A stretch of 42,115 nucleotides of DNA from Cellvibrionales bacterium (GCA_024645065.1 JAHEGP010000002.1:1-42115); one strand, 5' to 3'. Shown: positions 30,081 to 39,727, numbered from the stretch's first letter. Notes: a model not told the origin generated them from the sequence alone. Numbers and translations are program-made.

Positions 30081-31751
30081 ATGAGTTCGTTCGATCACCG
30101 CAAATACCGACCTTTCCCTGCTATCGATTTACCGCAGCGGCACTGGCCCAACCAGCAAATCACGGTAGCACCCCAGTGGTGCTCGGTAGACCTGCGCGAT
30201 GGCAACCAGGCACTGGTGGAACCGATGAGCGTGGCGCGCAAAACGGCGCTCTTCAAGCAGCTGGTGACGATTGGCTTCAAACAGATCGAAGTGGGATTTC
30301 CGGCGGCATCCGAGGCGGATTACAACTTCGTGCGGCAGTTGATAGAGCACCACATGATCCCGGACGACGTCAGCATTCAGGTGCTGACACCCGCGCGCGA
30401 GGAGTTGATCGCACGCAGCTTCGAGGCATTGCGCGGAGCCAAACGGGCGATCGTGCACCTCTATAACTCCACCTCAACCATACAGCGGCAACGGGTGTTC
30501 AAACAGGGTCGACAGGGCATTGTCGATATTGCCGTGGCCGGTGCCCGCGCGGTAGCGGCGGGCGCCGCACAACAACCACAAACCCACTGGCAGTTTCAGT
30601 ACTCCCCCGAGAGCTTCACCGCAACGGAACTCGACTTCGCGGTAGCCGTTTGCGACGCGGTTAACGATGTGTGGCAACCCAGCGTCGAACAGCCGGTCAT
30701 CATCAATCTGCCGGCGACCGTCGAGCTGAGCACGGCCAACGTCTACGCTGACCAGATTGAATGGTTTTGCAGGCACATCAGCCGCCGCGGGGCACTGGTG
30801 ATAAGCCTGCACACCCACAATGATCGAGGTTGCGCGGTGGCCGCCGCCGAGCTGGGGCTGATGGCCGGCGCCGATCGGGTTGAGGGCACCCTGCTGGGCA
30901 ATGGCGAGCGCACCGGGAATATGGATATCGTCACCTGTGCCATGAATTTGTATTCCCGGGGCGTTGATCCGGGTCTGGACCTGTCAAGAATGGACGAACT
31001 GATCCGCACCGTGGAAGACTGCACCGGAATTGCCGTGCACCCGCGTCACCCCTATGCCGGGGAATTGGTGTTTACCGCTTTTTCCGGCAGCCATCAGGAC
31101 GCCATAAGAAAATGCCTGGCGCAACAGCATTCGGGCCAGGCCTGGGATGTTGCCTACCTGCCCATCGATCCCGGGGATGTCGGCCGCTCCTACCAGGAGC
31201 TGATTCGCATCAACAGTCAATCCGGCAAGGGCGGTATCGCCTGGGTGCTGGAGCAGGATCGGGGCATCCAGATGCCGCGATGGTTACAGATCGAGTTCAG
31301 CGCCGTTGTGCAGCAGCACGCCGAGCAGACCCGGGCAGAAGTTCCCGCGGCACAGTTATGGCAGCTCTTTCGGCAATACTACCTGGAGCAGGACGGCCCC
31401 TGGCAACTGGAAGGCTACCGCGCCCGGCGCCAGGGCGAGTGCGACGAGGTCGAAGTACAGCTGCGCTGCGCTCAATGCAAATTAGTGCTCCATGGCAGCG
31501 GCCTGGGAGTGGTGGACGCCTTTGTCGCGGCGCTGGAGGGTGAAACCGGTAGCAGCCTGGTGGTGGCACAATACAGCGAACATGCGCTGGGCCACAGCAC
31601 CGGGGGCGCAGCGATGGCCTACATACAGCTCAGCGTCGATGGCCGCCGCCACACCGGGGTTGCCCGCAGCAGCGATATTGTCGAGGCATCGATGCTGGCA
31701 ATTCTGGCGGCGCTCAACCACAGTGCGCAGCAACAATCGCTGGTGGCTTGA
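30081..31751 (+). CDS. leuA: 2-isopropylmalate synthase (long, LeuA type 2)
   Basis: The start is taken at MSSFDHRKYRPFP (ATG 30081; ATG 30075 is also possible). Motifs are WCSVDLRDGNQAL and LHTHNDRGCAVAAAELGLMAGADRVEGTLLGNGERTGN. A C-terminal LeuA dimerisation/regulatory domain is present. Confidence 0.92.
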   Translation: MSSFDHRKYRPFPAIDLPQRHWPNQQITVAPQWCSVDLRDGNQALVEPMSVARKTALFKQLVTIGFKQIEVGFPAASEADYNFVRQLIEHHMIPDDVSIQVLTPAREELIARSFEALRGAKRAIVHLYNSTSTIQRQRVFKQGRQGIVDIAVAGARAVAAGAAQQPQTHWQFQYSPESFTATELDFAVAVCDAVNDVWQPSVEQPVIINLPATVELSTANVYADQIEWFCRHISRRGALVISLHTHNDRGCAVAAAELGLMAGADRVEGTLLGNGERTGNMDIVTCAMNLYSRGVDPGLDLSRMDELIRTVEDCTGIAVHPRHPYAGELVFTAFSGSHQDAIRKCLAQQHSGQAWDVAYLPIDPGDVGRSYQELIRINSQSGKGGIAWVLEQDRGIQMPRWLQIEFSAVVQQHAEQTRAEVPAAQLWQLFRQYYLEQDGPWQLEGYRARRQGECDEVEVQLRCAQCKLVLHGSGLGVVDAFVAALEGETGSSLVVAQYSEHALGHSTGGAAMAYIQLSVDGRRHTGVARSSDIVEASMLAILAALNHSAQQQSLVA

Positions 31752-31782
31752 TTTTCAGGCCGCTGGCCACCATATCGTGACT

Positions 31783-32235
31783 ATGGAAAAGACTATTCAC
31801 ATCAGTTGCGCCCACTGCGGAGCGACCAATCGCGTACCGCAGAGCCGCCTCGGTCAGCATCCTGGCTGCGGGCGCTGCAAACAGGCCTTGTTCGAGGGCA
31901 GGCCGGTCGAGCTCACCAGTGCCAACAGCGCGGGCTTGCTGGCGAATACCGAACTGCCGATTCTCATTGATTGCTGGGCGCCCTGGTGTGGGCCCTGCCG
32001 CAGCTTTGCGCCGGTTTTCGAGCAGGTCGCAAAACTCTATGAGCCCCGGCTGCGACTGGCCAAACTGAATACCGAGCGGGAACAGGCGCTCGCGGGTCAG
32101 TGGCAAATACGCAGTATTCCCACCCTTTTGCTGTTCAGGAATGGCCGTGAGCAACAGCGTATCGCCGGCGCCATGCCCCTGGCACAATTAGAGCAGTGGC
32201 TGCAACAGGCCGGCATAAACCCCGCGAGGCATTGA
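31783..32235 (+). CDS. trxC: Thioredoxin 2 (N-terminal zinc finger plus thioredoxin fold)
   Basis: 150 aa starting at MEKTIHIS. The zinc site is CAHCG...CGRC and the active site is WAPWCGPC. Confidence 0.9.
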   Translation: MEKTIHISCAHCGATNRVPQSRLGQHPGCGRCKQALFEGRPVELTSANSAGLLANTELPILIDCWAPWCGPCRSFAPVFEQVAKLYEPRLRLAKLNTEREQALAGQWQIRSIPTLLLFRNGREQQRIAGAMPLAQLEQWLQQAGINPARH

Positions 32236-32297
32236 CGAACGCAGTCCGGTCGCGGCAAACTCCCTTGCAAATTCAAACAAATAAGGGGTACCGCGAC

Positions 32298-32759
32298 ATG
32301 ATCACGTATTTCTATTGGGGCTGTGTCATCGCATTGATTATGATTGCGATGTTTGTTATCGGCGGCAAGCTGGCAAACTGGAAAATGGCGTTTATTGCCG
32401 CCGCGATTATCGTACTGGCAGGCTGGGCAGCCTACTACTTCCACTTCCAGCAAATATTCGTTAAACGCTATGGCGGGGTAATGTCGGTCACCGTGCCAAA
32501 CGGCCTGCAACATATCGCCGCAACCTGGAAAGACGAAAACCTGTGGATCGAGAACTACGACCCGGAAAAGAACGTCTGTTACTTTGAAGAATACTCGAAA
32601 CGCAATGTGCTGGAGGGCAGGGTCAGCATCAAAAACTGCAATCCCATCGCACTCGGGAACGGGGCGGCCGGACGAAACAGTGCACCGGCAATAAAACCGG
32701 AAACGACAAAAGCGCCCGCCGCAACGCTGCCGCAATCGCCGCCGGTCTCGGCTTACTAG
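32298..32759 (+). CDS. Hypothetical membrane protein (two N-terminal TM helices plus a ~100-aa extracytoplasmic domain)
   Basis: MITYFYWGCVIALIMIAMFVIGGKLANWKMAFIAAAIIVLAGWAAYYF is followed by a soluble domain and a Pro/Ala-rich tail. I recognise no family. It fills the gap between trxC and yjgR. Confidence 0.5.
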   Translation: MITYFYWGCVIALIMIAMFVIGGKLANWKMAFIAAAIIVLAGWAAYYFHFQQIFVKRYGGVMSVTVPNGLQHIAATWKDENLWIENYDPEKNVCYFEEYSKRNVLEGRVSIKNCNPIALGNGAAGRNSAPAIKPETTKAPAATLPQSPPVSAY

Positions 32760-32892
32760 GTGTGGAACACGGCGAGGGTGGATGGCGCCCGAGCATTTTG
32801 CGCCACTCGCCCAGGCCGGCCGCACGCCCATACAAATCATTGTGCCCACAGCTGCAGTAGCCCGGCGCGATACCCAGCAGGAGATTCTGTCA

Positions 32893-34341
32893 ATGCAAGC
32901 AAAGCCCTTCATTATTGGCGGCAACGAGCATCTCACCATTGAACTGCCGCTGGCCATGGCCAATCGCCATGGCCTGGTCAGCGGTGCCACCGGCACCGGA
33001 AAAACCGTCACGCTGCAACGCCTCGCCGAGGGCTTTTCACAGGCCGGTGTGCCGGTGTTCATGTCCGACGTCAAGGGTGACCTGTCAGGGCTGGCGAAAC
33101 CGATGGTCAGCAATGACAAAATCCAGGCCCGGGTCGACGCGCTGAAACTGACGGGTTACCAGCCAAGGGGTTTTCCGACCCTGCTCTGGGATATCTACGG
33201 CCAGCAGGGACATCCGGTACGCGCCACCATTTCCGACATGGGCCCCCTGTTGCTGGCAAGCCTGCTGCAACTCAATGAAACCCAAACCGGTGTTTTGTAT
33301 GCCGCCTTCAAGATTGCCGATGACGAGGGCCTGCTGCTGCTCGACATGAAAGACCTGCGCGCGATGCTCAGCTGGATGGCAGACAACGCCAAGAGCCTGA
33401 GCCGCGATTACGGCAGCATGAGTGGCGCCAGCATCGCCGCGATCCAGCGCCGCCTGATGGTGCTTGAACAACAGGGAGCAGAGCATTTTTTTGGCGAACC
33501 TGCGATCGAGTTGCCGGACATCATGCAGACCGACTTTTCGGGCAATGGCGTCATTAGCATCCTCGATGCCACCCGGCTGATGCAGGAACCCCGACTCTAT
33601 GCCATGTTCCTGCTCTGGTTGATTGCGGAGTTGTTCGAGCAGTTGCCCGAGGTGGGCGACCTCGATAAACCGCGTCTGGTATTCTTTTTCGACGAGGCGC
33701 ACTTGCTATTCGACGACGCTCCCGATGCACTGCTCGACAAAATCGAACAGGTGGTACGCCTGATACGATCGAAGGGCGTCGGCATCTTTTTCGTGACCCA
33801 GAACCCCCTCGACGTGCCCGATTCGGTGCTCGGCCAACTGGGCAATCGAATTCAGCACGCCCTGCGTGCTTTTACCCCGCGGGACCAGAAAGCGGTGCGT
33901 ACCGCGGCGCAAACCTTTCGCACCAACCCCGGGCTTGATACCGAGCAGGTCATCACCGAGCTTGGGGTTGGCGAGGCATTGGTGTCGGTGCTCAACGCCA
34001 AGGGCCAGCCCACCCCGGTGGAGCGAGTACTGATCGGACCACCGGCATCGCGCATCGGGCCTATTAGCTCCCAGGAACGCGCGGAGCACCAGCAGCGCTC
34101 TCCGCTGGGGCATCGCTACGACCAGATGCTGGACCGGCAATCGGCTTACGAAATGCTCAAGATCCGCGCCGAAAACCTCGCCTTCGAACAGGCTCGAGAG
34201 GCACCGGACAAACCCGCGCGCGGGAGCCAGCGGCAAACGCCGACGGAAGCCATGATAAAAAGCGCAGCGCGCAGTTTTGGCAATCAGCTGGGCCGACAAT
34301 TGGTGCGCGGCCTGTTGGGATCTTTTAGCGGCAAGCGCTAG
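32893..34341 (+). CDS. yjgR: DUF853 / HerA-like P-loop ATPase (YjgR family)
   Basis: The start is taken at MQAKPFIIGG. Walker A is GATGTGKTVTLQ and Walker B-like is VFFFDEAHLLF. The approximate length of 480 aa matches YjgR-type proteins. Confidence 0.82.
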   Translation: MQAKPFIIGGNEHLTIELPLAMANRHGLVSGATGTGKTVTLQRLAEGFSQAGVPVFMSDVKGDLSGLAKPMVSNDKIQARVDALKLTGYQPRGFPTLLWDIYGQQGHPVRATISDMGPLLLASLLQLNETQTGVLYAAFKIADDEGLLLLDMKDLRAMLSWMADNAKSLSRDYGSMSGASIAAIQRRLMVLEQQGAEHFFGEPAIELPDIMQTDFSGNGVISILDATRLMQEPRLYAMFLLWLIAELFEQLPEVGDLDKPRLVFFFDEAHLLFDDAPDALLDKIEQVVRLIRSKGVGIFFVTQNPLDVPDSVLGQLGNRIQHALRAFTPRDQKAVRTAAQTFRTNPGLDTEQVITELGVGEALVSVLNAKGQPTPVERVLIGPPASRIGPISSQERAEHQQRSPLGHRYDQMLDRQSAYEMLKIRAENLAFEQAREAPDKPARGSQRQTPTEAMIKSAARSFGNQLGRQLVRGLLGSFSGKR

Positions 34342-34417
34342 GGAACACTCGACGCCAGGGGCGTTTCGCGGTTATGGTTGTGGCTCTGAACCACCTGACA
34401 ACAATGAGGAAAATAAA

Positions 34418-34897
34418 ATGACAGTTAAAGTTGGCGACTCGATTCCCTCTTGCACCCTGATGGTTATGGGCGAGAGCGGTCCGCAGCCCATCACCACCAG
34501 CGAGATTTTTGACAACCACAAAGTTGCACTGTTTGCAGTGCCCGGCGCATTTACCCCCGGCTGCTCGCTGACCCACCTCCCCGGCTTTGTAGCCAACGCC
34601 GACAAGATCCTGGCCAAGGGTGTCGACCACATTGTCTGCCTTTCCGTGAACGATGCTTTTGTCATGGCTGCATGGGGGAAGGACCAGAATGCGGAAGCTA
34701 TCATGATGCTGGCAGATGGCAATTGCGAACTCACCGAGCTGCTGGGAGTCAGTTTCGATGCCAGCGGTTTCGGCATGGGCAAACGCTCGCAAAGGTATTC
34801 AATGCTGGTAGAAAATGGCGTGGTGAAAGTATTTAACCTCGAGGCAGGCGCCGGAGTGGACGTCAGTTCGGCCGAAAACCTGATGCAAGCGCTATAG
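34418..34897 (+). CDS. Peroxiredoxin, Prx5 subfamily
   Basis: 159 aa starting at MTVKVGD. The peroxidatic-Cys motif is VPGAFTPGCS. The rest is typical (VDHIVCLSVNDAFVMAAWG, KRSQRYSMLVENGVV). Confidence 0.9.
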   Translation: MTVKVGDSIPSCTLMVMGESGPQPITTSEIFDNHKVALFAVPGAFTPGCSLTHLPGFVANADKILAKGVDHIVCLSVNDAFVMAAWGKDQNAEAIMMLADGNCELTELLGVSFDASGFGMGKRSQRYSMLVENGVVKVFNLEAGAGVDVSSAENLMQAL

Positions 34898-35012
34898 GTT
34901 CCAATCCATAGAGGCACACTCCCGCCAGCGAGCTGGCCCCGGGCCGCCAAAGGCGTGAGTGCATTATTCGTTTCAGATTGGGCAACGCAACAAGCTGTGG
35001 CATACTCTCGCC

Positions 35013-35666
35013 ATGCACAACATGGACTTCAGAGAAACCGTTATTATCGATACCGCGGCCGCGGCACTGGTCGCCAGCCCCGCTACCGGTGTCTGGCGCA
35101 ATCCCCTGGCCCGGGAGGAACGAGAGCGCGGCCACGCAACGTCTATTGTACGCTTCGATCCGGGCGCCCGCTTTGCCCAGCATGGCCACCCCCAGGGCGA
35201 AGAAATCCTGGTGCTGGAGGGTACTTTCTCCGACGAATACGGGGATTACCCGTCAGGGTCTTACATTCGCAATCCCCCTGGCTTCAAACACACTTCCTTC
35301 AGTGATCAGGGTTGCACACTGTTTGTCAAACTACATCAGTTCCAGCCTGACGACCGCCAGCAGATACACATCGACACGCGCAATACGCCATGGCTGCCCG
35401 GCCCTGGACTGCTGCGCCTCATGCCCCTGCATGATTTCAAGGCAGAGCATACCGCCCTGGTGCATTGGCCCGCGGGATACAGGCCGGATCCGGGCGGGGG
35501 CTGGGGGGGTGAAGAGATGCTGGTATTATCGGGCGAGTTGCGCAGCAAGCATGAGACATATGGGCCTGGTTACTGGTTGCGTGGACCCCACCTGAGCCAG
35601 GATTTGGTCGAAGTTAAAGAAGATACCGTGTTTTGGCTTAAAACCGGTCACCTGGCACCCCTTTAG
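35013..35666 (+). CDS. ChrR-type cupin domain protein (no anti-sigma N-terminal domain)
   Basis: TSIVRFDPGARFAQHGHPQGEEILVLEGTFSDEYGDYPSGSYIRNPPGFKHTSFSDQGCTLFVKLHQ matches the ChrR cupin-like fold. The start (ATG 35013 or 35022, versus ORF-track 34959) is uncertain. Confidence 0.7.
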   Translation: MHNMDFRETVIIDTAAAALVASPATGVWRNPLAREERERGHATSIVRFDPGARFAQHGHPQGEEILVLEGTFSDEYGDYPSGSYIRNPPGFKHTSFSDQGCTLFVKLHQFQPDDRQQIHIDTRNTPWLPGPGLLRLMPLHDFKAEHTALVHWPAGYRPDPGGGWGGEEMLVLSGELRSKHETYGPGYWLRGPHLSQDLVEVKEDTVFWLKTGHLAPL

Positions 35667-35735
35667 CCCTCCAATACGCCGCTGGATTCCTGACTCAGTA
35701 AGGGCGCCCCTGCGCGCTGTTGGCACTCTTTGTTA

Positions 35736-35803
35736 CATGGATCATCTTGCTGCATGGATCATCTTGCTGCATGGATCATCTTGCTGCATGGATCATCCTC
35801 GCT
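35736..35803. repeat. Perfect 17-bp tandem repeat x3 plus one diverged copy, each unit containing GATC
   Basis: CATGGATCATCTTGCTG occurs at 35736, 35753 and 35770. The fourth copy at 35787 reads CATGGATCATCCTCGCT. It lies in the convergent intergenic region between the cupin and SDR genes. Confidence 0.9.
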
Positions 35804-35877
35804 GTACTCCTGCACGAACAGCATCCTCGAAAATCCCACGCCTGCGTGGCAAAGCCCGTGCATGCGCCCTCCGGCGA

Positions 35878-36669
35878 CTACGCAAACGCCCTTGGCATTT
35901 GCATATTCATTGAGTTGAGGCCTCCATTGACCGCAATGATATCGCCACTGACGTAAGACGAGGCCGGGGCAGCAAGATACAACGCGCAGGCCGCGACGTC
36001 TTCCACTGACCCCAATCGTCCCATGGGTGTCATCTCGACCATGGCACTCTCGATCTCCGGCGTGAGCATTGTGTCCAGGTCATCGGTTCGGGTCGAACCC
36101 ACAGCGATGGCGTTAACCCGAACCCGCGGCGCGAACTCCTGCGCCAACTCGCGGGTCAGGAAGGACAAGGCCGCCTTGGCAGTGCCGTAGGCCGCGAAAC
36201 ATGGGGAGGGTACATGGCCCGCTACCGAAGAGATATTGACGATGGCGCCCCCGCCCGCCGACTTAACCATTTTCGGGGCTGCGATGCGAGACAGGGCAAA
36301 GGCGGTCGCAACGTTGAAGCGAAACGCCATCTCGAACTCCAGGGTACTGGTATCAAGGGCTGGCTTGGGGGGTGACCCACCGGCGTTATTGACCAACACA
36401 TCGATGCGACCAAACTCTTCCAGGGCGACCGCCACCAGTTCCAGCAACTGCTGTTCCTGCATGACATCAGTGGGCACAGCAATCGCACGCCGACCAGTTT
36501 TGCGCACCTGGGCGGCGACGCTCTCAATGTCAGGTCGGGTTCGTGCCGCGATCACGATATCAGCCCCGGCCTGGGCGTAAGCCACGGCAATACCTGCACC
36601 TATACCGTTTCCCGCACCGGTCACAATTGCCACTTTGCCGTTCAGTTTAAACTGTTTCAGTATGGTCAT
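35878..36669 (-). CDS. Short-chain dehydrogenase/reductase (classical SDR)
   Basis: The start is taken at MTILKQFKLNGKVAIVTGAGNGIG. Motifs are NNAG and S...YGTAK. It is 263 aa, and the 354-aa ORF-track form is an upstream over-extension. Confidence 0.9.
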   Translation of the reverse strand: MTILKQFKLNGKVAIVTGAGNGIGAGIAVAYAQAGADIVIAARTRPDIESVAAQVRKTGRRAIAVPTDVMQEQQLLELVAVALEEFGRIDVLVNNAGGSPPKPALDTSTLEFEMAFRFNVATAFALSRIAAPKMVKSAGGGAIVNISSVAGHVPSPCFAAYGTAKAALSFLTRELAQEFAPRVRVNAIAVGSTRTDDLDTMLTPEIESAMVEMTPMGRLGSVEDVAACALYLAAPASSYVSGDIIAVNGGLNSMNMQMPRAFA

Positions 36670-36931
36670 TGAACACTCCTTTGAATCAGTCCCTATCAAG
36701 CCATTATTTTGCCGGGCTGGCAAGCGAGTCCGCTGCAGCAGGACCGCTATTGGACTGGCGAGGCCAGACCAATTACCGGCTGGCCGCCTATTTGCGCTAT
36801 TATCGGGGGCTAGCAGGAAGTGGCGGCGATGACAGGAGATTCCAAAGCCAATAACCGTCCCTATCGGTAGCCACTTGAGCTGTTGCGCCCTGGATGATAA
36901 ATACCATGGTTCATTGGGAGAAGCACACCTT

Positions 36932-37594
36932 ATGCGAGTCATAGTCGTCGATGATCATGCTCTCATCCGTGCCGGGCTGACCGACATCCTGCTCCAGCGC
37001 ATCCCCGGCGCCAGTATCACCGAAGCAGCCAGCAGCGCCGAAGCCATGGCTATTTTGGCCGAGGAACCGATAGACCTGGCTATCGTCGACCTGTTCATTC
37101 CCGGGGAAAGCAGCTTCGAATTTCTGCGTCATATTGGCCAGCAGTATCCCGCGCTCAAGGTCATCGTGGTATCAGCATCAGAAAACCCGTCGCACATGCG
37201 CAAAGCCATTGATTTTGGCGCACTGGGGTATATTCCCAAATCGTTTTCCAGCACTCGATTCCTCGCCGCACTGGACACGATACTGGAGGGGGGAAGCATT
37301 TTCCTGCCGGACAACCTGTCCCAGCTCAATCCGGCAGCCATAAGCGCTAACGGTGAGATCGCGCCAGGGACCACGTGCGAGGCGCTGTTGGCCTGCCTTA
37401 CCCCAAGGCAAAGGGAAATATTGCAAATGCTTGCCCAGGGCCAATCCAACAAGCAAATTGCGCGACATTGCCAGCTCTCGGAAAACACGATAAAAGTGCA
37501 TGTCAGCGCCATTCTGAGGTCACTGGGCCTGAACAATAGAACCCAGGCAGGGGTTCTCATGCAACAGATCAAGGACTTTACAACGACAGGCTAA
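36932..37594 (+). CDS. NarL/FixJ (LuxR-type) response regulator
   Basis: The start is taken at MRVIVVDDHALIRAGL. The receiver Asp context is DLAIVDLFIPG. The C-terminal LuxR HTH reads LTPRQREILQMLAQGQSNKQIARHCQLSENTIKVHVSAIL. Confidence 0.88.
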   Translation: MRVIVVDDHALIRAGLTDILLQRIPGASITEAASSAEAMAILAEEPIDLAIVDLFIPGESSFEFLRHIGQQYPALKVIVVSASENPSHMRKAIDFGALGYIPKSFSSTRFLAALDTILEGGSIFLPDNLSQLNPAAISANGEIAPGTTCEALLACLTPRQREILQMLAQGQSNKQIARHCQLSENTIKVHVSAILRSLGLNNRTQAGVLMQQIKDFTTTG

Positions 37595-37609
37595 GCCAGG
37601 AAACAAGAC

Positions 37610-39700
37610 ATGATCTGGATCAAGTCACTCAGCCGCACCGGGCTGGGGAAGCCCGCCATGCTACTGCTAACAATCACCAGCGCCCTGCTCGTGCAGCAGG
37701 GAAGCAGTGAAACGCTCACCGATGCCGATTTCCTGCAGAACCCGATCCTTGTCAAAAGCGTTACCCATCTGCCGCAGGCCATTGCCGATTCGCCGATCGC
37801 TGTCAGTATCATCGACCGGCGAATGATCGCCGCCTCTGGTGCCATAACCCCGGTTGAAGTGTTGCGCCTGGTGCCCGGCTTCCAGGCCTACTATGTCAAT
37901 GGCAATCGCTACGGCGCGAACTACCATTCCCTGGACGACGAATACCCACGACGCATGGAGGTCAAGGTGGATGGCCGCCCGGTCTACGAACCGATTCTTT
38001 CCGCCGTGGAATGGCATTCGCTGGGCCTGGAGCTGCAGGATATCGATTATATCGAGGTGGTGCGCGGCCCCAACCAGCCCGCCGATGGCGCCAATGCCTT
38101 CCTCGGCGCCATCAATATCGTCACTCGCTCACCGGTCGCCAACCCGGGGGGAGCCGTGCGCGCAACGATTGGCTATGCCGACATGCGCAGGATGTCAGCG
38201 GTTTACAATACAACCCTGGGTGACATGCATAACCGCTTTACCGCCAGCTGGGAAACCAACGACGGCTTTCCCGAGTTCGAAGGCGACCCGGTCGATGACC
38301 AGCTTGAAATCGGCCACCTGGGATACCGGGGAGTGTGGACCCCCAACCTCTCCGACACACTGGATATCCAGGCCGGCTATTCCAGCAGCGAAAACGGTGT
38401 GGGCGGCGAGGGCCTCAACGGCAGAGCCAGTGACGTGCAGCCGCGGGATTATCGCTATACTTACCAGTCCCTGCACTGGCAGCGCAATTTCGACAGCACC
38501 CAGGATATCGAACTGCGGTTTTACCACAATTACCTTACCGGCGAGGACGAACCCCAAGCACTGGGCACCCTGGCGGAGGAGTTGGGCCTGGACCCGACAT
38601 TGATCCCGATACTGTTTCCGGGTTTCGAGGATTTCCAGCTGCCCCCCATCGAACTCGAGACCCGCTCCCAGCGTTTGGACCTGGAGCTTAGGCACAATAT
38701 CGCCTTCAACCCGAAACTGCGCCTGAACTGGGGCGCGGCTGTTCGCTACGACCGCGCCCACAGTGAATGGCTGTTCGATACCGACGACTGGCTGAGCGAC
38801 ACGTCCTACCGCCTGTTCACCAACATCGAGGCGCGACCCACCACCTGGCTCACCCTCAACCTGGGACTGATGGGCGAGAAAAACGAGATCAGCGACTCCT
38901 ACCTGAGCCCGCGGTTTTCTGCCAATTTCCATATCAATCCCCAGCAGACCATTCGCCTGATGGGCTCCCGGGGTTACCGCCCACCCAGCCTGCTGGAGGC
39001 TTACCAGTACCAGGCCTATCGCGCCCAGGAGGTGGTGGGATTGCCACCCGAACTGCAGGTACTCACCGATCCCGATATTGAAAATGAAAGCATCACCAAC
39101 TATGAGATCAGCTACCTGGGTGAGTGGCCCAGGTTTGGCCTGACACTGGACGCCAAATTCTTCTCCGAAGAACAGCAGCACCTTATCGAGGAAGCGCGGG
39201 CAGAAAATCTGCCCGATGACATTTCCTCTCCCGCGCTGATTCGCACCAATGCCATTGACATGACGACCCGCGGCTATGAAATCAGCCTCAATTATCGCCC
39301 TGCACCTGAATTGCTGCTCGCCGGCACGTACAGTCATATAGACCTGGATGGCGAACGACAGCGGGTAATACCGACGACGAGCCCCGAGGATTTTGCGGAC
39401 ATGGACGACAATATGCCGGCGCTCACGACCAGTTTCCTCGCCAGCTACCGCCTGCCCCGGGGATTCGAGGTCAGCGCCAATTACTTCCTCCAGGACGACG
39501 TTAGTTGGTTGCAGGGTGCCAATGTCGACCGTTTCGACCGCCTGGATCTGCGCCTGGCCAAGACCATTGCGATGGGGCGGGCATCGACTTTACTCGAGCT
39601 GATCGTGCAAAATGCGCTGGCGGAAGAGTATGTTGAATATCACGACTTCAACATATTTGAGCGTCGCGCCTATCTCAGGGTGAGCGTCGACTGGCAATAA
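37610..39700 (+). CDS. TonB-dependent outer-membrane receptor
   Basis: 696 aa. It has a signal peptide and a plug domain (PIAVSIIDRRMI...PVEVLRLVPGF...IDYIEVVRGPNQPADGANAFLGAINIVTRSP). A long beta-barrel with alternating aromatic residues follows. No N-terminal STN signalling extension is evident. Confidence 0.86.
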   Translation: MIWIKSLSRTGLGKPAMLLLTITSALLVQQGSSETLTDADFLQNPILVKSVTHLPQAIADSPIAVSIIDRRMIAASGAITPVEVLRLVPGFQAYYVNGNRYGANYHSLDDEYPRRMEVKVDGRPVYEPILSAVEWHSLGLELQDIDYIEVVRGPNQPADGANAFLGAINIVTRSPVANPGGAVRATIGYADMRRMSAVYNTTLGDMHNRFTASWETNDGFPEFEGDPVDDQLEIGHLGYRGVWTPNLSDTLDIQAGYSSSENGVGGEGLNGRASDVQPRDYRYTYQSLHWQRNFDSTQDIELRFYHNYLTGEDEPQALGTLAEELGLDPTLIPILFPGFEDFQLPPIELETRSQRLDLELRHNIAFNPKLRLNWGAAVRYDRAHSEWLFDTDDWLSDTSYRLFTNIEARPTTWLTLNLGLMGEKNEISDSYLSPRFSANFHINPQQTIRLMGSRGYRPPSLLEAYQYQAYRAQEVVGLPPELQVLTDPDIENESITNYEISYLGEWPRFGLTLDAKFFSEEQQHLIEEARAENLPDDISSPALIRTNAIDMTTRGYEISLNYRPAPELLLAGTYSHIDLDGERQRVIPTTSPEDFADMDDNMPALTTSFLASYRLPRGFEVSANYFLQDDVSWLQGANVDRFDRLDLRLAKTIAMGRASTLLELIVQNALAEEYVEYHDFNIFERRAYLRVSVDWQ

Positions 39701-39727
39701 CTGTAGAGGCCCGGACGAAGGATCGTT

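Noticed and set aside
35736-35803. Whether the 17-bp repeat array could be a CRISPR array or a mobile-element end.
   Set aside because: The repeats are directly abutting with no spacers. The unit is too short, there are no cas genes, and there is no flanking transposase or target-site duplication.
35878-36942. N-terminally extended ORF-track forms: SDR 354 aa, DUF3301 178 aa, trxC 247 aa, yjgR 519 aa, peroxiredoxin 206 aa, leuA 580 aa, nusA 510 aa.
   Set aside because: Family-typical N-termini begin at internal start codons that have plausible ribosome-binding sites. The upstream extensions are compositionally non-protein-like and overlap neighbouring genes or promoters.
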